NCBI GenBank assembly: GCA_963744905.1
Contig: CAVUUV010000006.1
Location: forward strand, 129,077-193,076
DNA: 64,000 bases
Source: an uncultured Acidimicrobiia bacterium
GTDB lineage: Bacteria; Actinomycetota; Acidimicrobiia; Spongiisociales; ZC4RG35
Reading direction: 5' to 3'
Below are positions 40,829 through 50,148 of this stretch, one piece after another. How positions within the stretch are numbered: the first letter of the stretch is position 1; every line of letters begins with the position of its first letter. The translations under genes and the position numbers were made by a program. The notes under the pieces are model-generated. The model searched no databases, was not told the DNA's origin, and saw only the letters and a list, made by a program, of their open reading frames with translations.

Positions 40829-43747
40829 ATGGCTCTCGTATCTGAAATGAACACCGACCGGCGTTTCTCGGTAAAGCGTCGTGGCTACGACAAGACGGAG
40901 GTAGACGGCCACCTAGAGAGTCTGGCTCGTCAGATGCAAGCTGCCGACGCGGACGCTACGCGTCGCGTCGCCCAACTCGAGTCAGAAATCGAAGAGTTGA
41001 GGGGTGCGCTCCGTGTGGCAGAGGCCGCTCAGGCGGAGATGGCCGCCGAACCGGTCATGGCCTCGGTGCTGTCGAGCAAGGATCGGATCCTGGAGCGGGC
41101 ACGGAGACAGGCGACTCAGATCGTGGAACAGGCCAAAACCTCGGCCAAGCGAATCGTCAACGAAGCCCAGCAGACTGCATCTGGGTTCGATCGTTCAGCC
41201 GATGATGGGGACTCGCTGGTCGATGTGACTGTTGCCCGCGCCGAGGCAGCCGCTGTGTTGGCTCGGGCAGAGCAGAGAGCTGCTGAGGTGGTGGCCGAGG
41301 CGCAGGAGCACGTCGCCGGGACGCATCGGAGACAGCTCGGGGAGACCCAATCCGACGAGGTCGCCGCGGCAATCGTAGAGGCGGCAGAGGCGCGGGCAGA
41401 AGCCCTCAGGGCGGGAGCCGAGGCAGCGGCGGCCAACCTCCGCCGTGAATCGACACAACTCAAGGCGCACGCTCAGAGCGCCTCGGCAGCAGCGAAAGCC
41501 GATCTGGCGGCCGCCAAGACCGAGGCCGACAAGTTGCACAGGGAAGCAGCCGAGGCTTTGCGGGTGGCCACCGACGCACGGCAGAACGCGGAGGCCGACG
41601 CTCGGTCACAGCTCGAAGAGGCAACCGCTAGGGCGGAGCAGACTCGACGGGGGGCCGACTCGTACTCGGCGCGCGTAAGAGCAGAGGCAGATCAGAGTCG
41701 GCAGTCGATGCTGAGATTGGCGGAGAACACCGCCCGGGGGGTCACTGGTCAAGCCGAGAAGGAGGTGCGTGAGCTTCGGGAAGAGGCGGAGACGAAGCTG
41801 GCCGAAGCTGAATCGGCTCGACTCGAGTCGCAACAGACTCTCTCGGACGCCCGCGCCGAGCGCGCCGCGATGCTGGAAGCCGTCGAATCGGAATCGTCGC
41901 AGCAACGTCGTGCCGTCGACACAGAACTGGCAGAACGTCGGGCCGCAGTCGAAGTAGAACTGAGGGTGATCAAGGACCGTGCCGAGCGGTCCGCCGCCGA
42001 CACACGCAAGGCGGCCCAAGCTGAGTTGGATGCTGCCCGGGCGAAACTTGAGTCCGCACGAGAGGCGGAGCGCACGGCGTCCAAGTCCATCGTGGAAACG
42101 GAATCAATCGCCGAGGGCATCCGGACCGCCGCCGAGGAACAAGCTGCCCATATCCTTGCAGATGCCGAGAGGCGGATGAGGGTCCTCGAATCCGAGCACG
42201 CCGAACGTTCGGCCGCGCTGGTCGAGGCGGAAGCCGCCGTGGCAGCGGATCGAGTAGCCAGCGACGCAGTTCGCCAGGAGGCGGAGACCGAACTCAAGCA
42301 GGCCCGAGGCGAGGCGGATCGAATCCGGAGTGAAGCTGATGCTCAACTGGATGAAGCGAGAGCATCTGCCGCCGAAATCGTTGGCGATGCCCGACGCCGC
42401 GCCACTGAGATACTCGCTGAGACGACCGAGGACATTGCCGCTAGATGGGAACAAGTGGAGACTGAGGCGAGCGAGCGTCTCGAGGAGGCGGAGGCGAAAG
42501 CAGAGGAGATAGTCGGGCGAGCTCAGGAAGAGGTCCTCGAAATCACCGAGCAGGCACGGTCGACTCTCGCCGACGCCCGCCAGAAGGCGATCGACCTTCG
42601 TAAGCAGGCGGCGGAAGAAGCAGGGCGCGTCGCGAGCGCGGCGGCGGCCGAAGCCGAAGTGTTGCGTTCCGATGCCAAGCGCCAGGCGGAAGAGGCCGAG
42701 TCCGCTCACCGCCTGGCCATGTCGGCCCGGGCCGATGCTCAGGCAGCCCTAGACGAGGCAACGGAGGAGGCCGAGATAATCAGGTCGGAGGCGCGTCGTG
42801 TAGCCGAGGCCGAGACCGAAACCGCTTCTATCCAAAGGGCCAGGGCGGAGGAGATGGCCCGCGATGCGGAACTCCTCCGTGCCGAGGTGGCTCAACTTCA
42901 GTCTCGTCTCAGCCGGGAGCAGCAGGAGACGGAGAACCGGAACCGAGCGGCACAGGCGGCTTTGGATGAAGCCCGCGAGGAGGCTGCACGAATCGTCGAT
43001 GAGGCGAATCGAGCCAGCACAGAGCAGACCGATGCTCTCAAAGCCAGACGCGAAGAGTTGAAGCTGGAAAGAGAAAGCCTTGAAGGCTGGCGAGCCAAGC
43101 TGGAGGATTGGCGTTCCCAACTCGACCATGAACGGGCGTCACTGAATGTCCAACGGGCCGACCTGTCCGAAGATCGCGCTCGCGTCGCCGCCAGGGAGGC
43201 GGACCTGATAAGCGAGCGCCAACAGCTCGAAAAGGAGTCCGAGGAGATCCTCGATCGCGTCCGGAGAGAAGCGGACGGAGTGGCGGAGAGAGCCTGGATG
43301 GAGGCGGAACGGTTGATCGCATCCGCCGAATACGAGGCGGCCGATCCTGACGCGGTGATCGCCGAGCTGCGCCGTCAGCTGGAGACCCGAGAGGGTCAGC
43401 TTGTCGAACGTCTCGCCGAGGTCGGTAGGCGCGAGACCGAAGTCAACGAGCAATTCGCGGAGCTCTCTCGCCGGCGCGCCGTGTTCGAGGCGGAGAAGGC
43501 AGAGGCGTTGCGAGGGGAGTCATTCGGGATACTGAGCGACTCGAAGCCGTCGGATCGTCCGCCGACTTCGACCGATGAACCGGCGGACCGGGCAGGTGTG
43601 AGAGAGGTGGGAGACGACGACTTCGATGCTGTTGTTCGCACTCTCAACTTGCCCGATCGTTCGAGCGAGGGAGACGTCGACGGCTCCGTCCGGGAGCCCG
43701 ATACCCCGGGGAATCCGATCGAGGATGAAACCTCCGATGAGAACTGA
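40829..43747 (+). CDS. DivIVA-domain protein with a very long Ala/Glu/Arg coiled coil
   Basis: N-terminus FSVKRRGYDKTEVDGHLESL (DivIVA-domain motif), then about 850 aa of heptad-like A/E/R/Q-rich sequence. Confidence 0.85.
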   Translation: MALVSEMNTDRRFSVKRRGYDKTEVDGHLESLARQMQAADADATRRVAQLESEIEELRGALRVAEAAQAEMAAEPVMASVLSSKDRILERARRQATQIVEQAKTSAKRIVNEAQQTASGFDRSADDGDSLVDVTVARAEAAAVLARAEQRAAEVVAEAQEHVAGTHRRQLGETQSDEVAAAIVEAAEARAEALRAGAEAAAANLRRESTQLKAHAQSASAAAKADLAAAKTEADKLHREAAEALRVATDARQNAEADARSQLEEATARAEQTRRGADSYSARVRAEADQSRQSMLRLAENTARGVTGQAEKEVRELREEAETKLAEAESARLESQQTLSDARAERAAMLEAVESESSQQRRAVDTELAERRAAVEVELRVIKDRAERSAADTRKAAQAELDAARAKLESAREAERTASKSIVETESIAEGIRTAAEEQAAHILADAERRMRVLESEHAERSAALVEAEAAVAADRVASDAVRQEAETELKQARGEADRIRSEADAQLDEARASAAEIVGDARRRATEILAETTEDIAARWEQVETEASERLEEAEAKAEEIVGRAQEEVLEITEQARSTLADARQKAIDLRKQAAEEAGRVASAAAAEAEVLRSDAKRQAEEAESAHRLAMSARADAQAALDEATEEAEIIRSEARRVAEAETETASIQRARAEEMARDAELLRAEVAQLQSRLSREQQETENRNRAAQAALDEAREEAARIVDEANRASTEQTDALKARREELKLERESLEGWRAKLEDWRSQLDHERASLNVQRADLSEDRARVAAREADLISERQQLEKESEEILDRVRREADGVAERAWMEAERLIASAEYEAADPDAVIAELRRQLETREGQLVERLAEVGRRETEVNEQFAELSRRRAVFEAEKAEALRGESFGILSDSKPSDRPPTSTDEPADRAGVREVGDDDFDAVVRTLNLPDRSSEGDVDGSVREPDTPGNPIEDETSDEN

Positions 43748-44149
43748 GGCGTGTCCTCACCAACAGGTGTATGGTCGAAAGGGACCAACCCGCGCAGCCG
43801 TCATGTGGGGCTCTTCTGGGAGCGTCGAGGGGCAATAGTGTTGGTAAGGGCGGCGATCATGGCAACCAGTACCTGTCTGTTCCTCGAGTCGCTCGTTAGA
43901 GACCAAGCGCCCGACGTCGCACTCACTGTCGACGAAGCACTGTGCTCCCGCCCATAAGGAATACGCGTGTGATTGCGGGAAAACCACCAACCATCTGTGC
44001 CTCATAGTTAGTCCAAGAGTGGCATCTGACACGAGGTCAGTCCACGAGAGGTGTTACAGACCGTTCCAGGTCAGCGGACCCAGAAGGACGGGATTCGGCG
44101 AAAGCCCGTGTAGGACAAGGAACAACCCCGCCTGAGCGGGACTATCGAA

Positions 44150-44194
44150 TGGCGCGCCCGAGAGGACTCGAACCCCTAACCTTCTGATCCGTAG
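44150..44194 (-). repeat. att copy A: direct repeat of tRNA-Arg positions 32-76
   Basis: 45/45 identity with 59290-59334. No tRNA 5' half adjacent. Confidence 0.9.
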
Positions 44195-44294
44195 ATCTCC
44201 AAACGCCGTCCATGTGCGTCCACCGGAGTCGGCTAAGCCCGAAGTCGGTGACCAGTCGGGCCACGGTCGTTCATGCCCGGCCTCAGGAATCCAC

Positions 44295-44321
44295 AGAGAA
44301 TGGCTCCCAACTTGGCTCCCA
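44295..44321. repeat. arm-type tandem motif AGAGAATGGCTCCCAACTTGGCTCCCA
   Basis: About 100 bp inside att copy A. Same motif at 47905-47931. Confidence 0.7.
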
Positions 44322-44390
44322 GATATCCGGGATAGCGACGCGATCTGGCCGTCCGTACGTTGGTCGTCGAGCCATCAAGGAGGCACTCTC

Positions 44391-44852
44391 GTGACAACCA
44401 TCGAAAAGCCACCCATGCCCAAGGCGATGATGCGGATCAGCGGGTCCACCACCTTCCGGAACATCCATCGGTTCCTTCTCCGGGCCAGTGGAGGACGCAT
44501 CGGCAGTCGCATCAACGGCATGGAAACGTTGCTGCTAACCACAACCGGGCGCAAGTCAGGGAGCGAGCGAACGGTCCCACTTCTCTCGCTGCCTGACGGG
44601 GATGCTCGGGTGGTAGTCGCTACGAACAGCGGTGCCGACACCAACCCGGCGTGGTGGCACAACCTCCAGGCCGACCCCAATGCCACGGTCGAAGTCGGCG
44701 GGGAGCGCCACCGCGTCCGCGCCCGATCGGCAACCTCGGAAGAGGCGGCCCGGCTGTGGCCGGTCATCACGGAGACCAACGAGGTCATTGCCTATTACCC
44801 GCAGATCACGGACCGGAGGATGCCGATGGTCTATCTGGAGCCGGTCCGATGA
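44391..44852 (+). CDS. deazaflavin (F420)-dependent nitroreductase family protein (DDN-like)
   Basis: LLLTTTGRKSGSERTVPL ... NPAWWHNLQADP motifs. GTG start with an AAGGAGG RBS. Confidence 0.8.
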   Translation: MTTIEKPPMPKAMMRISGSTTFRNIHRFLLRASGGRIGSRINGMETLLLTTTGRKSGSERTVPLLSLPDGDARVVVATNSGADTNPAWWHNLQADPNATVEVGGERHRVRARSATSEEAARLWPVITETNEVIAYYPQITDRRMPMVYLEPVR

Positions 44853-45340
44853 CTCAGACCGTCGCACTGACAACGGATACTCGATGGGCTGCCTGGACCA
44901 CGGCGGCCGCAGCAGCTGTGGTCTGGCATGGTCTGATCGATCAGCACATCGGTCTCAACGGGCCAACCTCGGAGGAGATGACGATTCACCAGGCGGGCGC
45001 GGGCCTGCTCTTTGCCATGGTGATCGCCTGGTGGATGTGGATGGTGGCTCGAGCTGCGACCGGCGATCAAGGAGCGATCCGATCGATTGTGTGGATAACG
45101 GGACTCCTCGCTGTCGGCCTCACCGGTGTCGTCGCATTCTTCGCCGCTCCCCCGCCCAGCGCAGACTTCCCCTACCAGGACATCTCTCACGCCGCCTCCC
45201 TGTCGTTCGGGGTCACAGCGCTCTGGCGGATGCGATCGACAGTCGGCTGGGGCAGCCCGGGTCGCTACCCACGTCTGACCGTCGGACTATTTGTGGTCTA
45301 CCTGGTCGTCAGCGGCTCGTTGATGGTGTCGAACATGTGA
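44849..45340 (+). CDS. integral membrane protein
   Basis: ATGA overlap with the preceding gene. 163 aa, 4 hydrophobic helices. Confidence 0.55.
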   Translation: MTQTVALTTDTRWAAWTTAAAAAVVWHGLIDQHIGLNGPTSEEMTIHQAGAGLLFAMVIAWWMWMVARAATGDQGAIRSIVWITGLLAVGLTGVVAFFAAPPPSADFPYQDISHAASLSFGVTALWRMRSTVGWGSPGRYPRLTVGLFVVYLVVSGSLMVSNM

Positions 45341-45342
45341 CT

Positions 45343-46405
45343 TCAGCTCAAGAAGAAGCCGTAGGGACCGGGAGGGACATCGGCCTCCCGTCGCGGCTGG
45401 TAGTGAGTGCTGTAGATGGCATCGAGGAGCTCCCCCCGAGTAACCACCCCTACCTTGGCGAACACCGACTTGAGGTGGTCCTGAACCGTATACTCGGAGA
45501 TCTCGAGGGGTGTTGGAGATTGCACGAGTGGTCAAGCCCCGGGCCACCTCTCGCGTCACTTGCGCCTCGCGGGGTGTGAGCCCGTAGGCCGCCATGATGA
45601 CCTCGGCGAGCTCGGCTGGACGGGGCTGCTCGATGATCACTTCGAACTGGTCATCGGCTCCTTTCCGTTGAAAAGCATGAAAGGTCACCGGACCGTCAGA
45701 ACCCACGACGGTTGCCCGGACGATCGATTCGACCTCAAGGTGCGGGATCAAGGACGCCAACGTGGCTCGGAGCTGGTCACGTGTGAGGGTGTCGAGCCAA
45801 CGTTCAGCCGGTTCCGACGTGGCCACGAATTTAAGCCCGGAATCGACGGTGAAGGCGCCTGGGGCCCGGTCTCCCTCCCCAAGTGCCGACACGAGAAACG
45901 CATGGCGGAACATGGCAGCCAGCGCGGGAGCAACCTCAGCGATCGTCTCCTCCGATGCCTGGTCGAACGGATCCCACCATTCCGCCCGGGTCAGGGTGAG
46001 GGCGCCCCACACGCCCGTGCGGTCACGAATGATCACCCTCATCTCATCCCACGCTCCCGCTGGTGCGAGCAGACGCCGAAAGCGTTCCACTGTGTTGGGA
46101 TCGTCCACCTCGGCTCGGAGGCGCGAAGCGATGCGATCACTGTCGATTATCTTCGTGTACGTCAGCGGGTCTTCGTTGGCGAATTCCAGAGCGAATAGCT
46201 CCTTCTCCAGATCTGGTGGCTCGCCGAATGACGAGTAGAGGTCGCAACTGGTGAAGAGGTGTGTGGAGGGGTCGACCGAAGCCCAGGTGGACACGTCGTA
46301 GCCGATGGCGCGCCGGAGCAGCTCGTCGGCGCGATGCCGAAACTGGTGATGGCCGGTCTCCTCCACCGACATAGCTTCGAGGGACCGAAGGAGCGCGCTG
46401 GTCAC
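45343..46405 (-). pseudogene. LuxR-family regulator with a sensor-like N-terminal domain, one frameshift inside the HTH
   Basis: LTPREAQVTREVARGLTTRAISN continues in another frame as LEISEYTVQDHLKSVFAKVGV. Junction at a G/C run near 45507-45512. Confidence 0.75.
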
Positions 46406-46495
46406 GACCTCAACGTAGCGATCTTGGTCACGCCAGCCCTATCCCAGATTCCTGGGAGAGCGTGTCTGTGTCCGAACGCATAGGTTGAAACCCAG

Positions 46496-47006
46496 ATGAC
46501 AGCTGAGCTGACCGGAGAGAGCGTCCACTATGGCCCCAGTCAGGCCAAGTGGGTGAGAGGCACGTTGGGGATCGAGGTACGGATGCTCGTCGGCGGCGAA
46601 GACACCGGTGGCTCGCTGACGATGTACGAGTACACCGCGCCACCGGAATATCCAGGGCCCGCCTTCCACCTCCATCACGACGAAGACGAGGCTATTTTTC
46701 GTCCTCGATGGGACGCTCACTTTCCGAGCAGGCTCTGACACCGTTGAGTTGAGGCCCGGCGGCTTTGCCTGGGGGCCCCGCGGGATCCCTCACGGCTTCG
46801 GCAACGCCGGTGATGAGCCGGTCAGGTTCTTATGTGCGGTCGTACCCGGCAACCTGGAACGGATGCTCGTCGAGATCGCCGACCACGCGTCCGAAGCAGC
46901 ACCCACCATCAACCCAGCCAGGATGATGGAGGTCAACCGGCGGGACGGCCTGGAGATCAAGGGACCGCCGATACTGAGCGTTCCCAATTCCGCCTCGTCC
47001 GGTTGA
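46496..47006 (+). pseudogene. cupin domain protein, single frameshift
   Basis: HLHHDEDEAIF then shift at T-run 46695-46699. The corrected reading VLDGTLTFRAGSDTVELRPGGFAWGPRGIPHGF joins the two ORFs. Confidence 0.75.
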
Positions 47007-47047
47007 AGCCGCGTCCACTCCATGATTTTGTAATACGATATTGATGT

Positions 47048-47272
47048 GTGGAAATTCGTCCGTCTGCCCGCCGCCACGACATCCCTGACGAGGACATCCT
47101 CCACGCGGTTGAACACGCCATGGTCATCGATGACATCGGGAAGATCCCGATCGGTGGCTCGTCATCGGTCCTGACCGCGCTGGCAACCTGCTGGAGACCG
47201 TCGTGCTCATCCCTTCGGGTGGTGACGAATTCATCATTCGCTGCGCCCCGTCTACGGGAGACTGCTCGATCC
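47048..47272 (+). pseudogene. small toxin-like protein (uncharacterised family), frameshifted
   Basis: IRPSARRHDIPDEDILHAVEHAMVIDD, then a better reading DPDRWLVIGPDRAGNLLETVVLIP in another frame. Confidence 0.4.
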
Positions 47273-47557
47273 ATGACCAAGCGCATATACGGCTACACGA
47301 ACTCTGGCACTCCGGCCACTGACGAGCTCATCGAAGAGCTCGCAGAAGAGGCCGAGGCGGGATACGACGTCGATGAGATCATCGCCCGTCGCGGGAAGCG
47401 CGGACGTCCCCGACTCGGCACCAAACCATCGACCGTGGAATCCGTCCGTCTTGACCCCGAGTCGAAAGGGAGACTTCTCCGCCGAGCTGAGGATGAAGGC
47501 GTGACCGCCTCTGCGGTCATTCGTGATGCCCTTCGCCGACACCTAGAGGCAAGCTAG
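47273..47557 (+). CDS. ribbon-helix-helix (CopG-like) antitoxin-type protein
   Basis: GRPRLGTKPSTVESVRLDPESKGRLLRRAEDEGVTASAVIRDALRRHL. Confidence 0.65.
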   Translation: MTKRIYGYTNSGTPATDELIEELAEEAEAGYDVDEIIARRGKRGRPRLGTKPSTVESVRLDPESKGRLLRRAEDEGVTASAVIRDALRRHLEAS

Positions 47558-47661
47558 GAGATCCCGGACTACGCCAGAGCGTCAGAAGGTCGACCTGGCC
47601 TATGGCGACCGAAAGACTCTTTGAAAGGGGCCCTTGCCTCGTCGCACGCCGGCCCACCGAT

Positions 47662-47689
47662 GGAGAATGGCTCCCGAAGATCACTCCCA
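47662..47689. repeat. arm-type motif GGAGAATGGCTCCCGAAGATCACTCCCA
   Basis: About 75-100 bp on the lower-coordinate side of att copy B. Related to 59120-59146. Confidence 0.65.
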
Positions 47690-47760
47690 CCGGAAACCCG
47701 CCCCCGAATCGCCTGACTGTTCGACGCGGCCAAACCGCCATTGAGCAGGGACTTCGTTTT

Positions 47761-47803
47761 GCGCGCCCGAGAGGACTCGAACCCCTAACCTTCTGATCCG
47801 TAG
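47761..47803 (-). repeat. att copy B: direct repeat of the tRNA-Arg 3' half
   Basis: 43/43 identity with 59292-59334. Junction sequence ATCTCCAA shared with copy A. Confidence 0.9.
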
Positions 47804-47904
47804 ATCTCCAAGCCGTGTCCAGGTACGTCCACAGGGGTCCGCAGCGCCTGCAGCGATGGGCGTCTCGGGTCCACCACCGTCCACCGCCGTTCATAGCCGT
47901 CCCC

Positions 47905-47931
47905 AGAGAATGGCTCCCAACTTGGCTCCCA
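47905..47931. repeat. arm-type tandem motif AGAGAATGGCTCCCAACTTGGCTCCCA
   Basis: Identical to 44295-44321. About 100 bp inside att copy B. Confidence 0.7.
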
Positions 47932-48257
47932 CCCGGCAGGTCGTTCGGCGAGAACAACCACCCGCAGACCCTGGGCATACGATCCACCGCTGCGGCCACC
48001 CACGCGGCTCCCTGCTAGGTCGCCCGGCGGGGTCGAGAAGTCGCGAGCGAAGGCGAGAGCGTTGAGGAGGTGGTGAGCAGTCTTCGAGCGGGCCCTCGAG
48101 CTCTACTGCGAGAACCAGCACTTCCCCGATCACATCGACACCCTATCCTCGCACCGGTCACCCCGCGTGCCCCCCAAAGCCCTTCGCCTCCAGCATTCCC
48201 GTTCCTGTCGCACTCCGGGGCTACGATCGGCACGAGACCCTGGCCGATGAGACCGAA

Positions 48258-49385
48258 TTGCCCTACGAATCAGTCGACAAGCTGCAGAACGCGCTGGCGG
48301 AAGGTGTCTTCGCGTGGACCAAGTCGCCAAAGAAGGCCGCTGGCAGATCTCTCGGCACGCTTGTCGAATTGATCACGTTCTACATGCTGCGGGACTGGGG
48401 ACTGGAGCGATATCTAGCAATCGAGCGTGGGCTGCCGGAGTATGGAAACGCACAGATACTTCACAACGTGGAGTTCACGCTACATCCCACAGTGGAACGA
48501 CATTCGGGCTCTCTCAAGGGCCTCGCTCACGGGCAGTCGCTTACTGCGCGGCGCCTGCTGAAACGGGTCCCCGTAATCGATACAGAGTCGTTGACGGTCC
48601 GTACGAGGAACCTGATCGACTCAAACGGCAACGTTCGGCACGTGTGCAACTTCGCTGACGATCCTTCCGGATTCTGGATCGTGTTCGTAACCGATCCAGA
48701 GAACTTTGAAGTCTCGAAATTGACGAACAGCCCGGTTGCAATGTTCGAGTGCAAGCGCGTTGGCGTCGAAGAGGGACAGGCTAAAGGCCCGCAGACAATC
48801 GAGAAGGCGAAGCAGGGTGCATATGTCGCCCGGTCAGTCTCCGGTCTTCAGCGTGTGCCGAGAAGAGACGGCAGTGTTGCGGCAATCGTTGAACAGGCGG
48901 ACGGATCCCTCACGACCCACCTCGACTATGAGGTGTTCATTCAAGATGCGATCGCTGGTCGCGATCGGTTATCTCTTGAGAACGTGGTCCTAACTGTCGG
49001 TGTCGTTAGCAACCACGGGAACTGGTTTACCGCCGATACTCAGAACAAGGAGATGAAGGTGCTGGCGCAGTCCTATGACTGGCTTCTGTTTCTGACGGAC
49101 TCCGCGCTCGGTGAGTTCATCAGCACTGCGCTTCAAGGAACTGACGGTCGATTCGAGGCAACGCGCTCGGCGTTCCAGCGCAGTTACGCCGAAGCAGGAG
49201 GCACCAACTGTTTCACGAAGGTTGTTGTGGACCTTGAGGCCGACCGAGAGTTGTCGGCCTACTTCGCTGAACGCAAGCCCTGGCAGGAGTGGTGCAACGT
49301 CATTTCACCGCAAGCGGAAATCGAGACCCTTCACAGCAACCTTCACATTCTGTGTGAGCTCATGGGCCCGGAGGCAGGCAAATGA
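48258..49385 (+). CDS. uncharacterised protein, putative PD-(D/E)xK restriction endonuclease
   Basis: Intact 375-aa ORF, visibly lower GC than its surroundings. Candidate catalytic TD-x19-ECK. ATGA-coupled to the downstream methyltransferase. Confidence 0.5.
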   Translation: MPYESVDKLQNALAEGVFAWTKSPKKAAGRSLGTLVELITFYMLRDWGLERYLAIERGLPEYGNAQILHNVEFTLHPTVERHSGSLKGLAHGQSLTARRLLKRVPVIDTESLTVRTRNLIDSNGNVRHVCNFADDPSGFWIVFVTDPENFEVSKLTNSPVAMFECKRVGVEEGQAKGPQTIEKAKQGAYVARSVSGLQRVPRRDGSVAAIVEQADGSLTTHLDYEVFIQDAIAGRDRLSLENVVLTVGVVSNHGNWFTADTQNKEMKVLAQSYDWLLFLTDSALGEFISTALQGTDGRFEATRSAFQRSYAEAGGTNCFTKVVVDLEADRELSAYFAERKPWQEWCNVISPQAEIETLHSNLHILCELMGPEAGK

Positions 49386-49948
49386 CGGCAGGACGTCAAG
49401 CAGTTAGCGACACCAAAGATTGGTGCACTCCGCCCGACATCGTCGACTCGGTACGGAAGGTGTTCGGAGGTGATATCGCACTCGATCCCTGTTCAAACAG
49501 GTACTCCACGGTCGGGGCACGGGTCGAATTCATGCTTCCCGAAAGAGATGGGCTTGCTGAAGACTGGACCCCGCACGAAACGATCTACGTCAATCCGCCA
49601 TACGGCAGTGACAAGAAGCGAGGGACCAGGATCATCCACTGGTTCGCCAAAATATCGGAGGCTGCGGAGGCTGGTTCTGAGGTCATCGCCCTTGTGCCGG
49701 TAGCTACAAACACTCGACATTGGAAAGACCATGTGTATCCGGTGGCGAGTGCGGTGTGCTTTCTCTATGTACCGAGGCTCCGGTTCTTCATCCATGGGAC
49801 AGAAGATCCCAAAGGCGCTCCGATGTCGTGTGCGGTGATCTATTACGGCCCAAAGGTTACGGAGTTCGCAGATGAATTCCGCAAGTATGGCGCCGTCGTG
49901 CCGCTGTCAGGCGTCGTGTTGCCGGAGCCAGACATGACGCTCTTCTAA
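49382..49948 (+). CDS. DNA N6-adenine methyltransferase, phage Dam-like family
   Basis: DWCTPPDIV ... ALDPCSN ... YVNPPYG ... AVCFL..RLRF pattern. Confidence 0.75.
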   Translation: MTAGRQAVSDTKDWCTPPDIVDSVRKVFGGDIALDPCSNRYSTVGARVEFMLPERDGLAEDWTPHETIYVNPPYGSDKKRGTRIIHWFAKISEAAEAGSEVIALVPVATNTRHWKDHVYPVASAVCFLYVPRLRFFIHGTEDPKGAPMSCAVIYYGPKVTEFADEFRKYGAVVPLSGVVLPEPDMTLF

Positions 49949-50148
49949 TAGGACGGGGCATCCCGGAGGTTGGAGGCTGATTGGCCTGCCGCGGATCGAC
50001 CACCTGCAACTCCGTCTCACCTGGCGAACCAGTGCCATCTGTCCGGCGGCCGAGGACGGCCCGCCAGGGCCGCCCGCAGGCCGGCCTCTTGATTCTGTAG
50101 AGAAAGTCCTCACAGGCGGGGTCGCGCTTCGGCTCGACGTGCCGTACG

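Larger units (their letters stand above)
44195..47760. mobile_element. integrase-less island segment between att copies A and B (CIME-like)
   Basis: Bounded by direct att repeats and carries arm-type repeats at both ends. No recombinase ORF seen. Confidence 0.6.

Noticed and set aside
41000-43500. Apparent DNA tandem repeats inside the DivIVA-like gene
   Set aside because: The periodicity is at the amino-acid level (A/E/R heptads). I saw no exact nucleotide repeat units.
43751-44032. Short ORFs (68 and 91 aa) between the DivIVA-like gene and att copy A
   Set aside because: They have no RBS, no motifs and atypical composition. The region is better explained as a non-coding tRNA-downstream/att flank.
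44150-44210. att copies A and B as extra tRNA or pseudo-tRNA genes
   Set aside because: Only positions 32-76 of the tRNA are present. The sequence beyond the anticodon loop (ATCTCCAA...) cannot form an anticodon stem, D arm or acceptor 5' strand.
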